DNA of 64,000 nt. Origin: Selaginella moellendorffii. Its lineage: Eukaryota; Plantae; Lycopodiophyta. Under the pieces are notes generated by a model. It was not told the DNA's origin. It saw only the letters and a program-made list of their open reading frames with translations, and searched no databases. Made by a program: the position numbers and the translations under genes. Every line of letters starts with the position of its first letter. The first letter of the stretch is position 1. The stretch is from assembly GCF_000143415.4 (NCBI RefSeq), contig NW_003314291.1, positions 1,530,517 through 1,594,516 on the forward strand. The letters run 5' to 3'. This document shows positions 38,073 to 50,100 of the stretch, in pieces.

Positions 38073-40096
38073 TTATTTCTCTAAAACAAAATGCAGTCTT
38101 ACTAGAGATTGGATCGGTTGTGATGTTCGTTGTGCTATGTATATTTCCACCAGAATTCCCTGCATTCACAACATGTGATAAATTCGTTGCCACAAGTAGA
38201 AGCTCACCTCCATGTCAGCTTCGTATTGCTGCAAAAGCTTCAAGTATGTTGTGCTCTCCATTTCCTGCTTCATTGCTTTGCCTTGCGACATAAGAACAGC
38301 AACACCTGCGGCACAGGGAACTCCCGATCCGAGAGGCGTAAATAAATTATGCCGACTCACCAGTCTCTTGTCTTAATACGCGTGCAATCTGAAGCAAAAC
38401 AAAGTTTCTTCACACATCAAACAAGGAGAAAGAAAATACAAAGTAAACTACCTCCAGAGTAACTTTTGGACAACGCCAATCGCGAGCCTGTGTACTTCCT
38501 AATACAAAACACAGAATCAAACGCAGCCATGCGTGAAGTGTGAGACTTCTTACCACAGCGAACACCAAAGGGCATGTCACAGATGACCCAGTCCACACAT
38601 CCGGATCGCAAAGGCATGAAAGTAGCATTCCACTGAAGTATATCGCATGCGTCACTTCCTGTAATAAGAAGAAAAGCAACAAACCAGTTGAGCTCAAGAA
38701 TACCTCGAGCATTTTCTCCAGCTGCAGCCACAGCGGACGGAGAAATATCCCCACCCAAGCACAAAACTTGTCCACGGAAGCAATCCGCCGCTTCTAGAGG
38801 TATAGTTCCACATCCACACCTAAGGAGCACACCACCGTAGAATAGAAAACAATCACAATCTATAATTCACGTACATGGGGTCCAGAACGACGTCTCCGCA
38901 TTTGATGTGTCCAAGTTGCACAAGAGCATACGCCACACTGCGTTAAAAACTGTCACAATTGCGGCTCAAGCAGTATAAATCTCGGCAAAAGCTCGCCACA
39001 CACACCTAGGCCTCAAGGACGTTGGAACCAGCGCCTTTCTGTAGAGCCTTTTTGAGTAGAGCTAAACGAGATCACCAAATCAGAATTGGACACTAGATGC
39101 TAGGAAAAAACGTGATTGCTGACCTGAGAATCTGAGCGACTGGGCCTAGGAGCTTTCCTGCCATCGACAACTTGCTCGGTTGGTTTACTATAGAGCGAAA
39201 GAACCAGGTAGAATAAAACAACAAAAACGTTTATCTCTTACCCGTAGAGAAGTCCAATCGCTACAAGAAGCTCGGAATCTCTCAGCCATGCAAACACTTC
39301 CACTGCAAACAATGTACTTGAAGACGAGGCAAAACCAGGCATCCACACAAACCGTTATAGCACCTCATGTCCGCCGGCCAGTTATGGAGATTATAAACAC
39401 TTTCTCCCAGCGCAGCTGCGATTAAGTGAAAGCCGCACTGCGTTTCTTGTCATTTTGATGAAAACGAACATACCTGCAACATCCACCGACGAGAATGGGT
39501 GTTTCTTCATCTTGAGGCACTTCCGTTCACAGGTTACTCGAAACGTAAGCGGTGATTGTAGCATCCTGTCTTGCATCGCCTGCCACTTTTGAAAGAGCAG
39601 CAAAGCCGGCTCCCATGAAATCTGCAAAACGCAGTGAGCTCTGAGTGATTTGAGTTACATTACCTTGGAAGCCAAGCTTTTCAAGTAAGAAAGAGCGCCA
39701 TCCTTGTGCACAGGAACATCCTTTCAAACAAGTTCATGTCAATTATACCTCTTCTTTTTCTCTATTGAAACTTACGAAATCACACACACACCTTGAAGTG
39801 TCCGAGATAAGCGTACACATTGTCTGCCGCTCTCAGCTTGAAAACATCCTACCATTCATTCAACAATGTCAGCCAATCACGAGAAAGTTCTCTTCGACCT
39901 CTGGCGACGATTCAGTTTGGAAAAGAATGCCTCCATAAAAGCTCACTGTGGCCTCTTCGATTCTCGTCCCTGGTAGCCTTTCAACCTGGAGTGGTCGCGA
40001 TTTGGGATGAATGGATCGATGAAAGAGAAAAAAGATTACCTCCGAGACGAGCACTCTCTCGACCCCCGCCGCGCAGGACGCATAATAGAGCTCCAT
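38073..40096 (-). CDS. THUMP-domain RNA guanine-N2 methyltransferase (THUMPD2/THUMPD3/Trm14-like), multi-exon
   Basis: MELYYASCAAGVE, TFRVTCER..HPFSS, LRP..AYAL, VVLDPM-CGCGTIPLEAA, VDWVICDMPFG and ARVL motifs on short GT-AG exons. The 3' end is approximate. Confidence 0.82.
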
Positions 40097-40195
40097 AGCT
40101 AACTAGCTAGGGCTCTTGATAAGCTAGGAACTTCCTTTCTTTCAAACAAAAATAGAAATACATGGTCTCGCGAGAGAAAATCACAGTAAGGAGGC

Positions 40196-42624
40196 CTAGA
40201 GCACCAATGGAGCTCCCAAGTGCAACGTTGGCTCTGCCGCCACGCGCTCCAGAATGTCGGGAAAGTGGAAGACTTCCTTCCTCTCAAATCCTGGGAATGA
40301 CGAGCAACTCTCCTCAGCTGGCTCGTTCAAATCAATCCCACCACTGCCACCACCGCCGCCACTGCCACTGCTCTCCGGCATCAGCTGGAGCGGCTCCGAC
40401 GAGTCTTCGTTTAGATCGATCCCGCTGGTGCTCAGATCAAGATCAATCCCACCGCTACTGCTCTCTGGCATGAGCTGAAGAGCGCCTCCTGGTTCAGCTC
40501 TTGTGAAAGGCAGCGAAGAAGCCTCGGAGAGAATCGAGTCGAAGCGGTGGATAAACCATGGAGTGTCGTCGCGGGGCTCTGTGAGTGAATGGTATGCCAG
40601 GATCTGCCAGTGGGAGCAGCTGAGCGAGAAGCGGTGCTGGTCCTCGCAAGACTCGTCCGTGCACGAGTACCTGTGCTCCTCCAGGCACCGCCCGTCTTTA
40701 CAGCCAATCACTTCCACGTAGAACCTCGAGTTTGTGTGCTTGGCCCGGTAAGCCAGGCTGCTGAGCCCATCGATCGTCACTTCACACCCTTGGACGAACA
40801 AGTGCTTGAGATGCAGCTCGCTGTTCAAAGCGATTTCTTGCATGCCTGCGTAAGAAACCAGTGTTAGTTTCGCGTCCCCACATAGTTACCACTCACTTTC
40901 ATCACCGAAACGGCACTTCCGGATTTCAAGCCTCTGTAGTTTGTTGCAGCCGCGAAGAACTGGTACCAATCCCATGTCGCTGCTGCCACAGTGGACAAGG
41001 GTCAGCACCCTGATCTTCTTTCCATATTCGCCAATTGCAGCCACGCCCGCGTCGGTGAGGAACTCAACATCCGCCTGGACGTCGAAGCAGAGCGTCAAAC
41101 GGTAGAGCGATCTGCATTCCCGGACGAGTGCGGTCACCCCTTCGTCCAGGCACTCCCATGGCATCTGCGAGAAATACCAATGTAAGAGCTTCCAAACACA
41201 CTAGTAACTTACGTTCTCGCCCGTGCTACTTGACTGGATGAGACATATTCGCACGTCCATCAAGTTCGGGCAGTTGTAAGCGAGCGCATAAAACGCTTCG
41301 TTGGTGATGAAAGATGGATAGAAAATGAGCTTCTGCAGGTTTCTACAGCCTTGTGCAACCGCCATAAGGCCGGCGTGTGTCACCACCCCACCGTCAATTG
41401 CAGAAGGACTCTCAACGACAAGCCTGTGTAAGTCTTTGCAAGAGTTCCCCAGCGCTTGCAACCCGTGGTCTCCAGCCAAGTCTAACACCTGGAAACATGA
41501 AAGGAACATGGAGGTGATCAATGAGACCTGGACCTGGAAAGTTGAAACACTTACCCGAAGATACTGCAGGTTAGGACAGGCTCGAAGCACCTCCGCTATC
41601 TCCACCTCGGTAAGGTTGGAGTAAGATAGGTCGAGCCTCGTCAAACGAGAACTGACCGACATAAAAGCGTGCATTCCATCGTCCACTAGATCGAAGATGC
41701 CGGACAGCCCCTCCAGTGCAGTACACTTTGCCAGTAACGACGTCTCGGAGTTGCTGTTGATCCGCTCGATCCCAAGGTCACTTAAGTTGGAAGAGCACTT
41801 TTGCAGCACAGGCAAAAACCGCTCGGAGTTTTGAGTCTCGGACTCCCACAGCTTTAGCAGCTTGCAACGCTCGGCCAACTTCACCAGCACCGCTTCATCC
41901 ACGTCGCCCATCTCTATAAGTGACAAGTCCAGGTATTCGAGGGCGGGACACGAGTTTACCAGGTCCTTGAGCCATTTGGTATCACTAGTGTTATCAATCA
42001 TCGACTGTGCAAGGCCCAAGTGGGTAAGATTCCTAGAAAAAGAAAGAAAAAAAATCAGAACTTGGAATGAGCTCTAAGAAACACAAAGGAAGAGAGGAAG
42101 AGTAGGAAACCAAAAGCGACAACTTACTTGCAAAACTTGGCGAGTGCTTGGAGACCCTTGGTGCTAAAGCCGGAGCACTTGTCAAACTGCATGATCTTGA
42201 GGTTGGGACCACAGGCAGCACAGAGCTCCTCGATCTGAGAGTCGGTGATCGTCATCCTCTTGATCCGGAAGCGGTTAAGCTGGGGATGAGCTTTGATAGC
42301 TGCAATCCAAGGTCCTGCGTGGCCGGCCCAATCCCTGGGGAGTATGTCGAAATCCACGAGCCGAGGATTCCCTTTGATGGTAATCGATCTCACGCTGGGA
42401 AATCGCTCGAACAGCTTCATGGGGTTGACAGCGTACATGTTGTAGACCAGGACATGATGCCTCGTGCGAGCTTCCAGCTCGTGAAACCGCTTGCACACTG
42501 CCGAGATAGCATTTCTCTCCACGGGCTTCTTGATGTAGCCAAAGATCTTCTCCAGGACGTCGTCGATGCAGCACAGCAGGCCCCTGGAATCGTCAGGCAC
42601 CCGCCTCCTGGTGGATTCAACCAT
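40196..42624 (-). CDS. Divergent TIR1/AFB/COI1-family F-box LRR protein (COI1-leaning) with a C-terminal EAR-like extension; exons 42624-42128, 42032-41555, 41488-41213, 41164-40897, 40845-40196
   Basis: F-box DDVLEKIF..ERNAISAVCKRF, KGNPR..F..W.GHAGPWI, IKRM, CSGFSTKGL, AVAQGC, ITNE, LEIR.C, LFVQG and ILAYHSL...R.D.P. All four introns are GT-AG and frame-consistent. Confidence 0.9.
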
Positions 42625-42670
42625 CTCTCCCCGGTCAAAAAACCCCTATGCCTCCAAATCTCGGCTTCCT

Positions 42671-42805
42671 ACACCACACAACTCCTGGACATCGCGAATC
42701 GACACTCAAATCTCACCCCTGGCAGACCTACACCACAGAACTCCTGGACACCGCGAATCAACACTCAAATCTCACCCCTGGCAGAAGAAATCTCACCCCT
42801 GGCAC
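42671..42805. repeat. 59-bp tandem repeat (2 copies plus a partial) just upstream of the F-box ATG
   Basis: ACACCACA.AACTCCTGGACA.CGCGAATC.ACACTCAAATCTCACCCCTGGCAGA repeated. Confidence 0.85.
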
Positions 42806-43310
42806 AGAACCTCGCCTGGAACACGGCGCTACACACCAGATCCTTGGAGATGGCCAGCTTACTCCATAGCGCCCACGGAATCCCACCCTCTGCTAGCAAT
42901 CGAGCGAATCCGCTTGAGTATCTAGAAAGCGCCACATTCCCCTCGACCCCTTCCCATCTATCTTCATCCACAGTCCCCTACCGTACTCTTCCAGCCAGTC
43001 CATGAGACGAGCGCCATATGGCCCAATATCGTACTAGCTATGTCTTTAAAGAACTCTTTTACCAATTCATTTTTCCGGACATGCGCAAGGGACCACCACT
43101 CATATGAAAACCCGTCTTTTTTGCGGGGTGGTAAATACGTCGCGAGCTCGATTCCCTAGAACACCATATTCCCTTTGATCAGATTTTCTCGCCGAGAACA
43201 AAGCTTCGTCTACCAATTTCTCAAGGAAAAGTCCAACTACAAAGAAATAAGCGTGTGTTAAGTAGCTCGATATAAAAAAAAGAGTTCTTTTTTTTCTTTT
43301 CCTTACACCT

Positions 43311-45631
43311 TCAAACACGGGTGTCAAGGAGCTGCTTGTACTCCATCAAGAGCGGGCCAATGTCGTCAATTCTCACCTGGAAATTTATCCATTCTAAGGT
43401 GAGTTCAAGGAGTTGAATTTTGCAAAAATCACAGGCGTCGATACCTGGTTTGATGTTTGGAGATGATAAAAGCGGTGCACCTTGATTTTTTCTACACCTC
43501 CCGATCTTTTCCCTTCCCTGTGTTTCATAAAGAAAGATAAAGTTTAAAGGCCGGACGATGGAAAAAAGCGAGAGGAGTTTTGGCGGCATACTTTTCCTCG
43601 GTGGCAATCAACCATTGGTAATCTCTCAAGAGGATATCCAGCTCTTTGAAACGAATCGAACGGGCGTCACATTTTCTCCAGTGCTCGCGCAAGGACTGAA
43701 AAATATTCGACACCGTGAGGAGCCACAAGAAGCATGTGTTTTCTTACCTCTAGCGTGCTTCGGCCATGAGGATCTATGGCTTGGGCCAAGTCATTCAAAG
43801 CACCTTCAGTCTTGATGGATTCATGCACGGCTGGTTTTGCAGGAGGAAGGCCTATGCGACTTCTCAGTATGTTGAATGGCGATACCAGTTGTTCCTCGTC
43901 TCTAGCCTGCAAAAACAAGTTGAAGATAATCAACCGACTACATGGTTGCCAACACATACGTTATTGTCGCTGCCTACATCTGGCAAAGTAGCAACCAAGG
44001 GCGACGAGACACGGCTGGAAATGGGATCATCTGCAAGATCACTGTGTCACGAGGCGTCCACACATAATCGACAGTGACAACTGACCTTCAAGCACAAGCC
44101 ACCAAGTATCTCCAAACGTCGATTTCCCGTCAAAGCCACCGAAGAGGAGGAAGCGGGAGCCGATCTGCGTTAACGAGTGGTATGCCCGAGCCGGAGGCGG
44201 TTCATTGGTCACGGAGAGACGCTTCCATTGAACAGAGGCTACACACACAATGACATCAAGGCACGGAAGACTTGTGCACAAGAAAACAAGCTACCTCGGT
44301 CAAGAACGATACAATCGTTATGGTAGATATCATAACGGGTTAGCCACCCAGCTGTCCCATGACCTCCAAAAACCAATAACTACAACAAAGACAAGCAACT
44401 TATAGAATGCTTAGAAAAAGAAAACAAAATGGACAATAGTGTCACTCACCTGCGGCCCTCCACTTGTCGTCGTGTGTCCACAGCGAGGAGCTGGAGCCGA
44501 GCCCGGAAGCTTGAGAAGAGTCCACGCCGCGGGCTCTCTCTCTTCCCTAGTCCCATTAGTAATCAGGATACAAGTCATCAAACGCAAAACTAGCTCTAGT
44601 CACCTTCGTCAAACAGCCCTTTCAGGGCCCAGAGGTCACCAAGAACAGGGCCTCCACCACCTGCAGGAAACATGGTAAGCATGTCTGGTCCTCGAATCGC
44701 ACCTCCTGTGCGTCGTACGTACCTCTTCCACCGAAAACGAGCAGCCGTTTCTCGACCATCGTAGCCGTGTGACCACATCTAGGAGGAGGTGAAGGACCGA
44801 CTACTGGTAGCTGCCTCCATTCCAGAGACACTGAAATGAGAATGATGATCAGTCTAGATGTTTGTGAAGTTGGAACTTACTGGTGTCGAGCACAAAAACA
44901 TCTGAGAGCCATTTCGAGCCATCCCATCCGCCATATCTGCTCAAGAAGATGAGTGGTAAACGTAGCAAAAGAGATTCCCGTGAACACACTCACATGACAA
45001 TCTTTCCATTCCCCACAGACGCCCCGGCGGCAAAGTCCCGAGCGCAGGGAAGTTCGCCAAAACCAGTGAGCTCGGACCACTGCCATGTATCTGCGACAAG
45101 CTTTTACAATCGGCATCCGAATTAGACAGACTCACCAGTGTCTAGAACCCAAAAATCTCCAAGTCTACAAACAAAATCACGAGCTTAAACCACGAAGAAG
45201 AAAAGATCAGTATGTACCTCTTGCGACCACATCGACCTCCAAAGACAAACAAGTTACAGTCCATGGCAATGGCAACGTGAAAGGCTCGAGGGCAAGGCCC
45301 CGCCACTCCATCGCTGCCACTTCCAGAGCACTCGGGCTGAAACCACACATTGTTCTCTACATGCAAGTAAAAATCATCGAGCCCAGAAGTGGAAAGAATT
45401 CACAGAAAATGCGGCTATACCAGTGTCTAGAACAGTCAAATCCTGCAAAAACTTCTTGTCCACGAGCCCTCCAAAGACGACGACGTGAGTCTTGCGGATG
45501 CGAGTCGCGGTGTGACCGCTGTAGGCGATTGATTCACTTGCATCGTCTAAGAAAACGCAGCAATTCAAGTACCTGCGAGGCGATGGCGCCGCGCCCTTGA
45601 AGTCGCCCTCGGCCGATCGCACCCACTTCAT
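43311..45631 (-). CDS. GPA3: Kelch-repeat protein, homolog of rice GPA3 / Arabidopsis At2g36360, multi-exon
   Basis: [85 protein letters not shown] and IDDI..LL.EYK motifs. Confidence 0.88.
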
Positions 45632-45784
45632 AGATCCAAGCCCTAAAATATATTTACCATATGCTATTGTTCTTTGTGCGAACCCTTCTTTTTCGTCAGA
45701 ATTCGAATCGAAAGAAGTGAAGAAGCTACATGGGATTGCAACATTCTACCACACTTAAGTTCTTCCTTTTGCTCAGACTCTTTT

Positions 45785-46109
45785 CTAGAATCCTCGGTCT
45801 TCGAATCGCTGGACGTGGCGCTGCCGGGCGATGATCCACAGCGCATCACCGCCGTCGGCAGAGAGATCACCAAGAGCCTGGTGGAGGGAACGAATTGCGA
45901 GTGCCCGGAGAAGCAGCGCGAGTGGCAGCGATGCATCGATGGCGCGGGGCTGTGGAGCGGCGCTGAGCCACTACACGGTGAGCCAGGCGCGATTGCTCCT
46001 CTGGCTCTACAACAAGAGTGAGAATTTCACGCTGCTTCAAGGGCCTGGGAGCTTGTCTCTCGGCTGGCTTGGCACCTCCATCGTCACCGTCTCGGCATGG
46101 TACTGCTAG
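45785..46109 (+). pseudogene. GRAS transcription factor C-terminal fragment (PFYRE-SAW region, SCL4/7-like), frameshifted
   Basis: SSVFESLD..LP.DD..R..GREI..EG..E.PE..W..AG, then SHYTVSQARLLLW.Y...SLSLGW...VTVSAW. Confidence 0.82.
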
Positions 46110-46152
46110 CTAGGCAATTCTTCCTTCTTCTTCCATCTCCTTCCATCTTGCC

Positions 46153-46298
46153 CTCCACTTGTCGTCGTGTGCCCACAGCGTGGAGCTGGAGCCGAGCCCG
46201 GGAGCTTGAGAAGAGTCCACGCCGCGGGCTCTCTCTCTTCCCTAGTCCCATTAGTAATCAGGATACAAGTCATCAAATGCAAAACTACCTTCGTCAAA
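46153..46298 (-). repeat. Duplicated internal exon/intron fragment of the adjacent Kelch gene (source about 44458-44613)
   Basis: Near-identical CTCCACTTGTCGTCGTGTG...GATACAAGTCATCAAA.GCAAAACTA block. Confidence 0.9.
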
Positions 46299-47160
46299 AT
46301 GAATAAAGTGAAATTTCTTCTTTTGAAAAATAATAATTACTCTTCAAAATGATGCATAATTAGTATTACAAAATTGTAAAACCTAAACTGAATTTGCCTC
46401 ATGTAGTTTTCTCACCTTGGAAGTCTAGTTAAATTTGAAAACTACATTAGTGGGCTTAATATGAACTGAAAGCAGACCACAGAATGCTAGACTGAAAATA
46501 TTGCAAAGCCAGAATCCACTAAGACCATGTGGTGAATGGAGAAGACCAACATAAATTGTTCATCCTCCATCAATTCTATACCACAAGCTGTGGAAGAAAG
46601 TAGATGAAGAAATAATAGGACAACACTTTTTATCCAATAGTCAAGACATAATGAGATATATCTTATTATCTGTGTATGTTAGAGGAGATAACCCTTTGAA
46701 ACTTTAAACACATCCATTAGTTTTCTCAATGATTGATATAAAACATTTCAACATCATTATCGTTATCTTTAGATACAATTACCTGACAATAATTCTTACT
46801 TTCTGCTGCAATATATCCTCAACCCTAACAGGCATATGTTGACATGAAACCACAGAAATATTTCCCATGGTATGTGGGATTTAAGGCCGTAATGATTTAA
46901 GCGTCAAGAGGTTAGCCTAGCTTGTTTGTTTCATTGGTATCGGAGCGTCATGTTGGCAGGTGAGCAAGATATTGATCCTGATAAGGAGTATGGCATTAGT
47001 GATGATAGCCATGACGATAAGGAAGAGGCTTTTGATGATGTTATTATGTGGCAAAGACATCAAATTTCTAAGGTTCAGAGCAATATAAAGGAGGTTAAAG
47101 ATTCTGTCAATTTCATTAAGGATTTTTTGCTTCATATGGACCCTTAAGGGTTGAATCAAT

Positions 47161-47180
47161 CTAAACCCTAAACCCTAAAC
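47161..47180 (+). repeat. Short interstitial plant telomere-type repeat (CCCTAAA, about 3 units)
   Basis: CTAAACCCTAAACCCTAAAC at a deletion junction. Confidence 0.65.
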
Positions 47181-47184
47181 TAGT

Positions 47185-50100
47185 CAACATCAGTCAAAAG
47201 GAAGCTTAAGGGTATATTAAGACATATTAGGGTAAGGGACTTTGGAGCGGGGAGCTTTTGAGGTAGCTCGGGGGTGGTTGGGTGGTGAGGAACCTCAAGA
47301 GGTGGCATAACATAGTCTAGGGCGACTAAATCTCTGTCTTTTTGCACCGGATTATAACATTCATATTAGAAAAGTTGATTATAATGGTTGACCAAGCTAA
47401 ATGTTGGAATCTTATTGTCGATGGTGGTGCTGAAGATGGTGCCAATAGAGCTACGGAGATTTGGACCATTCAAGATGTTGTTTAGGAGCTGTAAGTCCTT
47501 AATCAAAATCAACAATAAATTCAAGACGAGATATATGGCATGATGGATACTATGCATTAGTTTGTTGAGGCACTCGAGGCTGGATGTGGTAGTGTTCCAA
47601 GTAAGCCTTCCTTGGTAGATTGACTCAAAATTCTAACTTTTTCCAATGATGGTGGTGTGGACGAGTGTCTCGCTTGGCTAGCCAATGTGAAGAAGGGGAA
47701 CTCTAGATGCAAAGGCTTTAGTGGCTATTCCAATGGTTTTGCATGATGCGGGCTTTCAGCAGTAAAATTGGCTTAAAGAGTCTCGTGTTGCGAATAAAAA
47801 ACTACCAGTGTCAACCATGGATGAGTTTAAGGTTGCTTTTCATTTACATTTTGCCCCTCACTACGATGTGGAAAATGCTTGTACAGAACTTCGACATTTT
47901 TAGCAAGGGAAAATGATGCTTGGGGACTATATTGAAAAGCTTACTTGCTTGATTAGCTGTGTTCTAACGAAGGATCCAGATCAAAATAAGTCCTACTTCA
48001 TTAATGGCTTTCATAGTGAGAGCATGCGGCAACACTTGCATCATTCTCAGCTTACAAAGAGCTCTTTGATGCGGTTTGTCGACTTGACAATGACAAGTAC
48101 AAGTCTCGCAAGTGTTTGCAGAGTCCTTTTATCGAGAATCGTCATAATGAGCACTGTGGACACAAGGATGGGAACAAGCACCACAAGTTGAAGTTTCTGA
48201 TGACTACTTCAGATGCAAAGAGGTCAAAGAAGCAGAAGTTCTTTGTGAAGAATTATAAATAGGGTTGTCATCATTGCAGTGAGCTTGGACACTACAAAGT
48301 TAATTGTCCATAGCTAAAGAACAAGTAGTAGAGCAAGAAGAATGGCTAATCTTCTACTGACGGTAAATTAGATACTAAAAAGTTGCAAATTTTGTAGCAT
48401 GAGGATGACGGGGATGACCATTCCGATTGGAGGGAGAGTCTTTCGATTGTTGCTCGTCAACTCAATTGTGTGTGGAACAAAATGGAGCTCGAGAATACTC
48501 GTGAATTAACTTTAATGTTGGAAGGTGTGTTCCATGGCAGTCTAGTGTGGATTTTACTGGATAGTGGGAGTGATGACAACTTTGTTTTGGCAAAGTTTGT
48601 TGCGGAGCATGGCTTGGTGACACGAAGAGTTTTTCTATACACGGTGGAAGCTATAGCTATCTTTGCTTAGCATTTCGATACTTGTGTAGAGAGGGTAGAA
48701 GTGTTAGTTGGCAAAACCACACTTGTGGAGATTTTTTATTTCGCGAATATCCATTGTGTGGATCTCATTCTTGGGATGCTATGGTTGGTGAAGGTGAATC
48801 CGGAGATAAAGTGGAGTATAAAGCGTGTCTTGCTATAGTATGATTATGTTAAAAATGTGTGGTTTAAAGAAGGAGTTCAACCTCCAGTTGTTATACTCTC
48901 CACTACATCTTTGAAGCAGGCTTGTCATAATGGAAAAGCACTTTTGGGTTACTTGTTATTTGTTCGTGACTTGGGAGAGAAGTAGCAATACAAGATGTAC
49001 TCGATAAGTTTTTTGATGTTTTTCCATCTGAACTTCCTTATGGGTTGCCTCCATTACAAGGTGTGGAGTATGGGATTATGTTGGAGCTAGGGATGTGGCC
49101 AATTTACCAACATCTATTTCGGTTAAGTTATGCAGAAGAGCAAGAAGTTCAATGACAAGTCAAGGAATTACTTGAGTTTGGATTTATTTAGCCAAGTAAG
49201 TTTCCATTTGGTGCTTTGGTTTTGCTTGTGAAGAAGGATAGTTCAATATGGATGTGTATTGACTACCATGTCTTGAACAAGAAGATAGTGAAGGATAAAA
49301 TGCCGATGCCATGTGTGGATGATATCTTAGACAAGTTTAATGAAGCATGAGTGTTTACCAAGATTGATTTAAGGAGTGGATATCATCAAATTGCAATGGA
49401 TGATGCATCTATCTCCAAGATGGCATTTAACACAAGCTTCGGACATTGTCACAGAATTTTTACAAGGCCTATGTGAGACTTCTACAGAACAGAAAGGGCC
49501 ATGAGGTGAAGAAGGAGCTTGAGCAAGCTGCAGAATTTGATTTCCAGCAGAAATGTCCATTTAGACCCATGGTAAAAACATAAATCATTGAAATATGTAA
49601 TAATTATTTCAGTATGTTTAGACCTTCTCGTCCTTGGAAGGGGAAAAACCAGTTCTTCGAAGTAAGTTTTTGGAACGACTGCAATTATAGTTATGCCGTT
49701 TGGTTTGACGAATGCACCAGCCACATTTACTCGGTTGATGACAGAGGTATTTTGGCATTATCTTCATGAGTTTATGGAGATTTTCTTGGATGATATTCTT
49801 GTTTTCAGCAAAAATATAGAGGAGCATAAGGTGCATTTGCACAAGGTTCTTTTGTTACTCTGTGACAACAAACTTTATGTGAAGAAGAGCAAATGTGAAT
49901 TTGCAAAGTCGGAGGTGGAATATTTAGGCTATATTGTGACATCTAAGGGTGTCAAGATGAATCTAAGGAAGGTGGTTGTGGTGGAGAGTTGGCCTACACC
50001 AACTTTAGTGGCCGAGTTATGCAGCTTTCTTGGAATGGCTAGTTATTATTGACATTTCCAACATAAGTTTGCGGAGGTGNNNNNNNNNNNNNNNNNNNNN

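Noticed and set aside
42148-43005. 285-aa plus-strand ORF
   Set aside because: Antisense shadow of the GC-rich F-box exon plus a tandem repeat; no recognisable motif.
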